From assembly GCA_036509215.1 (NCBI GenBank), contig DATCGA010000501.1, positions 1-63,757 on the forward strand: DNA of 63,757 nt, in the 5' to 3' direction. Shown piece after piece: positions 51,108 through 58,093 of the stretch (position 1 is the first letter of the stretch; every line of letters starts with the position of its first letter). This DNA comes from Trebonia sp. (GTDB lineage Bacteria > Actinomycetota > Actinomycetes > Streptosporangiales > Streptosporangiaceae). The notes under the pieces were generated by a model. It searched no databases, was not told where the DNA came from, and saw only the letters and a list, made by a program, of their open reading frames with translations. A program made the translations under genes and the position numbers.

Positions 51108-52202
51108 ATGCCACTTCGGCACCGACAGCTCGCGGCCGCGGCGTGGGTCGCCCTAGCCGCGACGATTCTGGTCGTCGCCGGATGCTCCTCGTCCGCCCCG
51201 GCCGACGGTCCCTCGGCGGGCGGCGGCGCGGCGTCTTCCGATGGTGCCGTCCTCGGCGGCACCATCAACGCGGGCGGATCGACGTTCCAGCTCACCTTCC
51301 AGGAAGTGGCTATCTCCGGCTTCAGGTCGGTTCAGCCCGGCATCACGGTCAATTACGACGGCATCGGCTCGGGCGGGGGCCGTGCCGACCTGGCCGCGAG
51401 CATGGTCAACTTCGCCGGCTCGGACTCGCCCATCCCGTCCGCCGAGGAAGCCAGCTTCAAGGACAAGGAGGTGCTCTACTTCCCGGTCGTGACTGGCCCG
51501 GTCACGCTGTCCTACCACCTCTCCGACGTGCCCGAGCTACGTCTATCGGCACCGGTGATCGCGGGCATCTTCGACGGTCAGATCAAGACCTGGGACGATC
51601 CTGCGATCGAGGCCGACAATCCTGATGTCACGCTCCCCACCACGCCGATCACGTTGGCTGTCCGCTCCGATTCATCCGGCACTACAGCCAATTTCACCGA
51701 GTTCCTCGTGGAGGCCGCAGGTGCTGGGTGGCCGCTCGGTACCAGCTCAACCATCGACTGGCCAGCTGGCAGTCTGAGCGCCAAAGGCAACGGCGGGGTA
51801 GCGCAGATCGTCAAATCCACCCCCGGAGCGATCGGATACGTGGACTACGCGACTGCCAAGGGCGCCGGGCTGACCTTCGCCACGGTCAAGAACAAGGACG
51901 GCAACTACGTAGCGCCTACGCCGGAATCCGCCGCCTTGGCCGCCAGCCAGGTCATTCTCAAGCCTAACGAAACGTTCAGCGCGATCTGGGCGGGCGGAAG
52001 AGGCTCCTACCCGATCACCTACCAGTCGTGGGACCTGGTGTACGCCAAGCAGCCGAATGCGAACGACGCCAGCATGCTCCGGGCGTACATCGGCTACCTG
52101 CTCGGAGCGGGGCAGGAACTACTTCCCCAGCTCGGCTACGCACCGCTGCCCTCTCGCATCGACCAGCAGGCCCAAGCGCAGCTGAGCAAGATCGCCGGTT
52201 GA
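51108..52202 (+). CDS. pstS: Phosphate ABC transporter substrate-binding lipoprotein
   Basis: Lipobox VAGC; GGSTF, GIGSGGG, FAGSD, RSDSSGTT, GAIGYVD, YPIT. Confidence 0.9.
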   Translation: MPLRHRQLAAAAWVALAATILVVAGCSSSAPADGPSAGGGAASSDGAVLGGTINAGGSTFQLTFQEVAISGFRSVQPGITVNYDGIGSGGGRADLAASMVNFAGSDSPIPSAEEASFKDKEVLYFPVVTGPVTLSYHLSDVPELRLSAPVIAGIFDGQIKTWDDPAIEADNPDVTLPTTPITLAVRSDSSGTTANFTEFLVEAAGAGWPLGTSSTIDWPAGSLSAKGNGGVAQIVKSTPGAIGYVDYATAKGAGLTFATVKNKDGNYVAPTPESAALAASQVILKPNETFSAIWAGGRGSYPITYQSWDLVYAKQPNANDASMLRAYIGYLLGAGQELLPQLGYAPLPSRIDQQAQAQLSKIAG

Positions 52203-52369
52203 AATTCGACCCCGGCTCACCAATCTGTGAGAGGGCCGTGAGAGAGATAGCGTCTGACACCCGAATGGCACGTCCACGGATCCGATGTTGGCTGAGACTC
52301 AGGCCATCGTTGGGCCCGGGGTAGGTCCACGAACCGCCGCAAGCCCGGAAGATCGTGAATTGTGATTAG

Positions 52370-52843
52370 ATGCGCGCTATGCGATATCTGATCTCCCGGC
52401 AGTGGTCCGCACTCCAGGACTTCGACATCACCGGGGAGTCTGGCGATCTGCGCTACCAGGTCCGCGGCAACCTGGGAATCACGCAATCCCTGACCATTAC
52501 CGAGCCGACCGGCCAGCGCACGGCGCAGATCACCAGGACGCCGTTCACTACCCGGCATCAGGTGATCATCGACGGGCGGCAGGCCGCTGAGGTGCGGCAT
52601 CAGTTCCTCGGCTGGAACAACTGCACAATCGACTCGGCGTCCGGGCAGTTTGTCGCGCAGGGCAGCTTCCTGGGCTGGCAGTACACCATCAGCCAGGGAG
52701 AGCGAGTCGTCGCCGCGCTGTCGAAGCAGGGCATCCTGCCCTCCACCTTCGAGGTCGACACGGCAGACGGGGAGGACGATCTGTTCCTGCTATGCCTGGT
52801 CCTGGCGATCGACCAGATCCACCGGGAGCGCAAACGGCGCTGA
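52370..52843 (+). CDS. LURP-one/Tubby-like scramblase family protein
   Basis: DFDITGESG..YQVRG, QGSFLGWQYTI, LCLVLAID. Confidence 0.85.
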   Translation: MRAMRYLISRQWSALQDFDITGESGDLRYQVRGNLGITQSLTITEPTGQRTAQITRTPFTTRHQVIIDGRQAAEVRHQFLGWNNCTIDSASGQFVAQGSFLGWQYTISQGERVVAALSKQGILPSTFEVDTADGEDDLFLLCLVLAIDQIHRERKRR

Positions 52844-52881
52844 GCGGCGTTTTTTGATACGCCCTCCGTAGGCGGTCGGGC

Positions 52882-53373
52882 ATGATGGCGTGCATGACAC
52901 GGGAATCAGGAGACCCGTTTCCCGCTGCGCCGACGCTCACCCAGCTCGGCGAAGACGACAGGCGCCGATGGCGCGAGGTGCGCCTAGCGACCCTGACAGA
53001 CTCCCCGGGAGCGTTCGGTTCAGCCGTGGTAGACGAACAGGCCATTGCGGAGGGCGGCTGGCGCGAACTGGTGCGCAATTCGGCGGTCTTCGTCGCCATG
53101 TCAGGGGACGGGGTGGCAGGCGCCGTGGCGGGCCTGTACCGGGACTCGGCCGAAGACCGCGGTCTTGGCGCGATATGGGTCGCCCCTCAGTGGCGGGGCC
53201 GTGGTGTTGCCGGGATGCTGGTAGCCGCGATCACTGCCTGGAGTCGTTCAGGGAATGCGGTGCGGGTCGTGCTGTGGGTGTCGGACGACAACGCCAGGGC
53301 ACGCCGGTTCTACGAGCGTGAGGGATTCCGGGTTAGGCAGCGGCGGGCTGACTGCTCCTTCAGGTTACATTGA
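52882..53373 (+). CDS. GNAT acetyltransferase; C-terminus possibly clipped
   Basis: WREVRLATL.DSPGAF, WVAPQWRGRGVA, NARARRFYEREGF. Confidence 0.8.
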   Translation: MMACMTRESGDPFPAAPTLTQLGEDDRRRWREVRLATLTDSPGAFGSAVVDEQAIAEGGWRELVRNSAVFVAMSGDGVAGAVAGLYRDSAEDRGLGAIWVAPQWRGRGVAGMLVAAITAWSRSGNAVRVVLWVSDDNARARRFYEREGFRVRQRRADCSFRLH

Positions 53374-54001
53374 GGATAATGTCCTTCAATTCAATCAGAG
53401 TTTCGATTCGATAGCTAGCCTGTGAAAAGTCATGTGCTTTTGTAAAGTCGTTATAGACAATGACACAGTCAATACCGGCCGCCACGGCCGAGTTCAGCCC
53501 TCTGGATGAATCCTCCACAACCAGCGTCTCTGCTTTGGTCGCCCCGAGGCGCTTCAAGCCCGTCAGGTATGGTTCCGGGTGCGGCTTGGCGAGCTTGTAG
53601 TCTTCGCGAACAAGGGCGAAATCCATGAATTGTCTAACGTGGCGCTTTTCATGGATAATTTCAAAATCCACACGTTTTGCAGTCGTCACGATGGCCATGC
53701 GGACGTATTTTGACAGTTCAGCAAGAGCTTCAACGACGCCTTCAATCTCAATGGCTTCTGTCCTAAGATATTCCTGATAATAATCATTACGAACCTTACG
53801 CTGCCTGCTGATGGTCTGTTCATCAATACCTGCCGCCCTGGCTCGGGCCCAAGTGCCCAATCCCTGGTTCATGTCCCGGGGGTATTGATCCTTGTCCAAA
53901 GTCAAGCCAATGTCCGCCAGGGCACGTTCTCCAGCTTTGTAATACCAGAATTCGGTATCCACCAGAACACCATCGTGATCGAAGAGCATGTACTTTTTCA
54001 C
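53360..54001 (-). CDS. HAD-superfamily phosphatase (low GC)
   Basis: LFDHDGVLVDTE, IVTTA, KPHPEPY, VEDSSRG; markedly AT-richer than its flanks. Confidence 0.9.
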   Translation of the reverse strand: MKKYMLFDHDGVLVDTEFWYYKAGERALADIGLTLDKDQYPRDMNQGLGTWARARAAGIDEQTISRQRKVRNDYYQEYLRTEAIEIEGVVEALAELSKYVRMAIVTTAKRVDFEIIHEKRHVRQFMDFALVREDYKLAKPHPEPYLTGLKRLGATKAETLVVEDSSRGLNSAVAAGIDCVIVYNDFTKAHDFSQASYRIETLIELKDIILNVT

Positions 54002-54152
54002 TGTCTTGATCCTTTCCAGCAGCCTCGGCAAATTTGCCGCCAACGGCCACCCGAGATACCCAGAATCCGTGCTGCTTCCCGCAGTGTAACCAACGCGCCT
54101 CATAAAACGGGCTGTGCGAGGCACGCGTGGCTCTGGGTCCATGTCGGGCTTG

Positions 54153-54212
54153 GACGTCGCCCTCGTCCCAATCCATCCCGCCGCGTCTCGTGCACAAATC
54201 CGTGCACCAATC
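54153..54212. repeat. Element-end motif with 12-bp-period direct repeats
   Basis: GACGTC-N26-GTCTCGTGCACAAATCCGTGCACCAA; same spacing as 56339-56396. Confidence 0.6.
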
Positions 54213-54349
54213 CGGCCGATGGCCTGCTGGTCTTGGCCTTTCCCGACGCCCGCCGCGTCGGACGGCCGACATAATCAAGCGCCGCGGGTACCCAGAAGCG
54301 CGGTCCGGGTTTCGCGTTCACGCGTCAATCGCTGTAGTAAATTTCGTGT

Positions 54350-55003
54350 ATGCGGCCACATGAAGACTGGCCGGGCCGTGCTCCGGTCACCGTAGCTGAC
54401 GTCACGCTCGCGGTGCGGCTTGCGGTAACGGCGTTCGGCTCCGCGCCGGCGGAAGCATGGGCCAATCCGGCCGGCTCGCTGGACTGGGACTGCTGGGAGA
54501 CCGTCGAGCACATCGCCGATGGCCTGTTCGCCTACGCCACTCAGCTCACTCCTGCTACGCCGGAGGGCGGCTACGTGCCGATCGCGATGACGAGCACCCG
54601 GCCGGGCGGCGCGGAAAGCGCCATCCACGTGGACCATGAGAAAGGGGCTGCGGGCCTGCTGCAGGCCGTTGAGGCGTGCGGTGCCCTGCTGGTGGCCATG
54701 GTTACGACCGCATCCCCGGGCACTCGCGCCTGGCATCCGCACGGTACCTCGGACCCGGAAGGCTTCGCCGCGATGGGCGTGGCGGAAACCCTGGTCCACG
54801 GGCACGATGCCGCTCAGGGACTCGGCGTGCTCTGGGAACCGCCCGCGGATCTGTGCGCGCGGGTGCTCAGCCGACTCTTCCCCGGCGCGCCCGCCGATGC
54901 CCGCCCATGGGCGGCACTGCTGTGGGCCACCGGCCGCGGTGACCTTCCTGACCGGCCTCGGCTGGGCGACGAGTGGCGCTGGTACGCCGAACCCCGGCCG
55001 TAG
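54350..55003 (+). CDS. DinB/mycothiol-dependent maleylpyruvate-isomerase-like protein
   Basis: AGSLDWDCWETVEH, ETLVHGHD, LLWATGR. Confidence 0.75.
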   Translation: MRPHEDWPGRAPVTVADVTLAVRLAVTAFGSAPAEAWANPAGSLDWDCWETVEHIADGLFAYATQLTPATPEGGYVPIAMTSTRPGGAESAIHVDHEKGAAGLLQAVEACGALLVAMVTTASPGTRAWHPHGTSDPEGFAAMGVAETLVHGHDAAQGLGVLWEPPADLCARVLSRLFPGAPADARPWAALLWATGRGDLPDRPRLGDEWRWYAEPRP

Positions 55004-55018
55004 ACGAGGGCGGCGAGA

Positions 55019-55039
55019 GAAGGACCCCGGGGGTCCTTC
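55019..55039. terminator. Hairpin between convergent genes
   Basis: GAAGGACCC-CGG-GGGTCCTTC followed by GCTTT. Confidence 0.6.
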
Positions 55040-55097
55040 GCTTTGACTGGAAGTCTTAAGGCTCATTCGGCAACGCGGGACCGCACGACTGGGCAGT

Positions 55098-55505
55098 TCA
55101 GGACATCAGCGATTCCGCTCGGACGGAGGGATAGCGGCCCCGGAGTCGACGCCGCAACTGAGATGTCGGCGCGCACGTTGTCCGGCGTGACCCGGGAGTC
55201 GAAAACGATGGATACTCGGACCGATTCCGCGTCCGCCGCATGCGGTCGAACGGCCTCAGCACCTGGCCCATCGGCGGGTCAAGCTGAGCGGAGACGGCAG
55301 CGTACGGCGCGATATGCCCGCCGCGACTGGTGGGACGCAAGCCCTCGTTCTCCAAGACTGCGGTGAGCGCCATGCGGGCGGCATCGTAGAGGCTCTGGCT
55401 TGCGCGAAGAACTGGTCCGCGTGTTCACGGTTCGGCAGCACGTCGCTGCAGTTCTCCGTCGGCGATCAGCTTGTCGATCTCCGCGCGGCCCTGATTCCAC
55501 CTCAT
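55098..55505 (-). pseudogene. HEPN-family toxin-like gene, frameshifted
   Basis: ATGA-coupled to the MNT gene. MRWNQGRAEID, then NREHADQFFAQAR, then GLRPTSRGGH..FDRMRRTRNRSEYP fall in different frames. Confidence 0.65.
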
Positions 55506-56089
55506 GACGTCAGCTCCAGCTTGACCAAAGGGCGCTCCCGGATATGGCGCATGAACGAGTCAGCTGGATCCGGGGCGTCCCAGTACAGGGAGCTGATGCC
55601 GCTGACGTTCACTTCCCCCCCGAGGCGCTGTTCCGCCCGGCGGGCCGCCTCGTACAGGTCATCATCGCTCGCGGTACCGACAGTGAGTACGTCTACGTCT
55701 TGCGGGATGGAGCCTGGCGTCCCTAGGTACCGGGCCGCCCAGGACCCGTAGATGTAGGCCTGGTCTACTCCCCCGACCTCTGACAGCAGGTGGGTGAGAA
55801 CCGGCAGCGGGCCGTAGGTTATCGCTAGGAGATCGGTGAGTGGGCGGCTCACCGGGCCAGCGGTCTCCGCCCTCAGCAGCCGCGCTCGCCCGCGTCTGGT
55901 CTCGCGTACCAGCCCGGCGGTAACCAGCCGGTCTGCCTCGGTGTGCATGACCTTGGGGCTCGCGGCGATCAGCCGCCCCGCCTCCGCAAGGCTGTAGTCC
56001 CTCTCGGGATGCAGGTACAGGAGAGCCAGCAGGGTCCCGTTGGCCCGCGATGGCAGCAGTGGCAGCAACCACGACGGGTTATTTTCCAT
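55502..56089 (-). CDS. HTH plus minimal nucleotidyltransferase (MNT) antitoxin
   Basis: N-terminal wHTH; YIYGSWAARY..QDVDVLTVG. Confidence 0.8.
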   Translation of the reverse strand: MENNPSWLLPLLPSRANGTLLALLYLHPERDYSLAEAGRLIAASPKVMHTEADRLVTAGLVRETRRGRARLLRAETAGPVSRPLTDLLAITYGPLPVLTHLLSEVGGVDQAYIYGSWAARYLGTPGSIPQDVDVLTVGTASDDDLYEAARRAEQRLGGEVNVSGISSLYWDAPDPADSFMRHIRERPLVKLELTS

Positions 56090-56115
56090 AAAGGAAAGAT
56101 TAGTTTCCTCTATGG
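56086..56115. promoter_or_regulatory. Palindromic autoregulatory operator of MNT-HEPN
   Basis: CCATAAAGGAAA-GATTAG-TTTCCTCTATGG (11/12 match), overlapping the start codon. Confidence 0.6.
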
Positions 56116-56181
56116 CACGATAACAAGTCGGCAACCGTCGGATTGCCGAGACGTCGCTGGGCGCAGACAAAAAGCAAGAGA

Positions 56182-56260
56182 CCGGATCCATTTTCGGACC
56201 CGGCCTCTGACCCTGGTAGCGGGGGCAGGATTTGAACCTGCGACCTCTGGGTTATGAGCC
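56182..56260 (-). repeat. att-like direct repeat containing the 3' half of tRNA-Met (56214-56260)
   Basis: 79 bp matching 57899-57977 with 3 mismatches. Confidence 0.92.
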
Positions 56261-56338
56261 ATACGACGTGCGTCTCCGACTTCTCCCAAGTCTCATTGCG
56301 TCTCGCTGACCTGCACGTCGGTCAGGGTCCTCGTTGCC

Positions 56339-56396
56339 GACGTCTCACCCTGTCGCCCCCGTTCCGACGAGTCTCGTTAGCATTTCCGTTAGCAAA
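56339..56396. repeat. Element-end motif with 12-bp-period direct repeats
   Basis: GACGTC-N26-GTCTCGTTAGCATTTCCGTTAGCAAA, 80-135 bp from the tRNA fragment. Confidence 0.65.
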
Positions 56397-56485
56397 CACA
56401 GCTTCTGATCTGGGACTTCTCAGCCTTAATCCGAGACGCGTGGAAGCGGTTTGGTATGTCGGGGTGGCAGAGTACTGTCGCGGGC

Positions 56486-57151
56486 ATGCGTGAGCCCGAT
56501 CTACATACCGCCCGCGCGGCCTACGACGCGATCGCCCCCGTCTACGCTGACCAGTTCAAAGACACACTGGATGACAGGCCGACAGAGCGCGCTCTGCTCG
56601 CCGCCTTCGCTGAGGTGATCCGGCGCGGGCCTGCGGGAATGGTCGCTGACCTCGGCTGCGGGCCTGGCCATATCGCCGCGCACCTGCACAGCCTCGGGCT
56701 GTCGGTGTTTGGTGTTGACCAGTCCGCCCAGATGCTGGCGATCGGCCGGACGCGCTATCCCGAGGTCCGCTTCGCGCTCAGTTCGATAACCCGCCTTGGC
56801 CTAGCCGACGGATCCTGCCGTGGAGTACTTTCCCGCTCCTCAGTCATCCACCTGCCACCCAGACTGTTGCCGACGGCGCTGGCCGAGATCGCACGAGTGC
56901 TTGCTCCCGGTGGCTGGCTGCTGATCAGTTTCTCAGCTAAAGACGCCCCTGAGCCGCCGTACGAGTACTACGACCACCGGGTGGCCGCGGCCTATCGCTG
57001 GTGGCCGGAGCACGTCGTATCACTGCTACGTTCGGCAGGAATTACCGAGTCGGCCCGACTGATGGAGAACCCCGAACCGGATGATCGCCGCCAGTTCCGC
57101 GTGGCGTTCATACTGGCGCGTAAGGCGTCGACCGACGGCACCGTCGGGTAG
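56486..57151 (+). CDS. Class I SAM-dependent methyltransferase
   Basis: YDAIAPVY, VADLGCGPG, GVDQSAQM, RVLAPGG. Confidence 0.9.
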   Translation: MREPDLHTARAAYDAIAPVYADQFKDTLDDRPTERALLAAFAEVIRRGPAGMVADLGCGPGHIAAHLHSLGLSVFGVDQSAQMLAIGRTRYPEVRFALSSITRLGLADGSCRGVLSRSSVIHLPPRLLPTALAEIARVLAPGGWLLISFSAKDAPEPPYEYYDHRVAAAYRWWPEHVVSLLRSAGITESARLMENPEPDDRRQFRVAFILARKASTDGTVG

Positions 57152-57236
57152 CGTCTGGACAGGAGGGGCCTGTCCGCGATGGCAACTGCCTTGATCTAAA
57201 GACTTAGGCGTATTCGGCAACGCGCCAACTACGGTT

Positions 57237-57524
57237 CTACGATCGGTAGACGTCGCGGCGGTGATCGACGTCCACCACCGTCACTACCCGGTTCTTGTCA
57301 TCGATCCGGTAGATGATGCGGTAGGTGCCGCGCCGCGCGCTGAACCGGTCGTCCATAGGCGGGAGGAGCCTCTTGCCAACTCGGTAAGGCTCTCGCAGGA
57401 GAGGACCGGTGATGAACTCGTAGGCTGCCGCGGCAACGGCCTCCGGCAGAACCTCGCCCAGGGCACGGCGAACCGTGGAGGTCGTTCGCAGCTCGTAGAG
57501 ATCCTCTGCGGGCTGGTCGCCCAT
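57237..57524 (-). CDS. RelE/ParE-family toxin
   Basis: FITGPLLREPYRVGKRL, SARRGTYRIIYRID, VDHRRDVYR. Confidence 0.9.
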   Translation of the reverse strand: MGDQPAEDLYELRTTSTVRRALGEVLPEAVAAAAYEFITGPLLREPYRVGKRLLPPMDDRFSARRGTYRIIYRIDDKNRVVTVVDVDHRRDVYRS

Positions 57525-57799
57525 AACGCCTGGCGCCGCCTCATGGTCTCAGCGAGTTCTTCAGCGGAGACGTACTCGCCGCGGGCCAACTCGGCATCGG
57601 ACTCGGCAAGCCGGTTCATCGTCGCGGCGTCCCGCATGATGGCCAGGGTCTCCTCGAGCGCCTCCAGATCCTCTGGAGCGATAAGGATGGCCGACGGCCT
57701 ACCGTGAACGGTCACGGTCACCCGCTCGTGCTGGTCGTGCACCCGGCCAACGAGCTCAGACAGGTGCGACTTGACGTCGCCCAGCGGAAGAACAGTCAT
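57284..57799 (-). CDS. Phd/YefM antitoxin with read-through C-terminal extension
   Basis: LGDVKSHLSELV, TVHGRPSAILI, LEETLAIM. The expected stop at 57521-57523 reads TGG. Confidence 0.85.
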   Translation of the reverse strand: MTVLPLGDVKSHLSELVGRVHDQHERVTVTVHGRPSAILIAPEDLEALEETLAIMRDAATMNRLAESDAELARGEYVSAEELAETMRRRQALWATSPQRISTSCERPPRFAVPWARFCRRPLPRQPTSSSPVLSCESLTELARGSSRLWTTGSARGAAPTASSTGSMTRTG

Positions 57800-57816
57800 A
57801 GTCAAAAGTATGACTA
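57794..57816. promoter_or_regulatory. TA operator palindrome
   Basis: TAGTCA-AAAGTA-TGACTA and AGTCATA..TATGACT at the antitoxin start. Confidence 0.55.
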
Positions 57817-57930
57817 AAAATCTACACGACGTCAAAAAGGCTCACTGGCGTCGCTAGGCGCTGCACACAAATTCCGTGCACAACCTACAAGGAAGAGGCC
57901 GGATCCATTTTCGGACCCGGCCTCTGACCT

Positions 57931-58007
57931 TGGTAGCGGGGGTAGGATTTGAACCTACGACCTCTGGGTTATGAGCCCAGCGAGCTACCGAACTGCTCCA
58001 CCCCGCG
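57931..58007 (-). tRNA. Initiator tRNA-fMet (CAT)
   Basis: 77-nt cloverleaf CGCGGGG...CCCCGCTACCA; C1xU72 mismatch; GGG/CCC anticodon stem; loop CTCATAA. Confidence 0.97.
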
Positions 58008-58093
58008 GTGATGTCTTTACTCTATGAACTCCAGCGTGCAGAAGCAAATCGGCCGCCGGACCCCGCCTCGCGCGGCAGGCGAGGGTGGGGTGG

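Larger units (their letters stand above)
56261..57930. mobile_element. Integrase-less ~1.7 kb tRNA-integrated mini-island
   Basis: Bounded by the tRNA-Met and its duplicated 3' half; carries a methyltransferase and a Phd/RelE pair. Confidence 0.75.

Noticed and set aside
56214-56260. Second tRNA-Met gene
   Set aside because: Only the 3' 47 nt are present, with no D-arm or 5' acceptor strand; treated as an att repeat.
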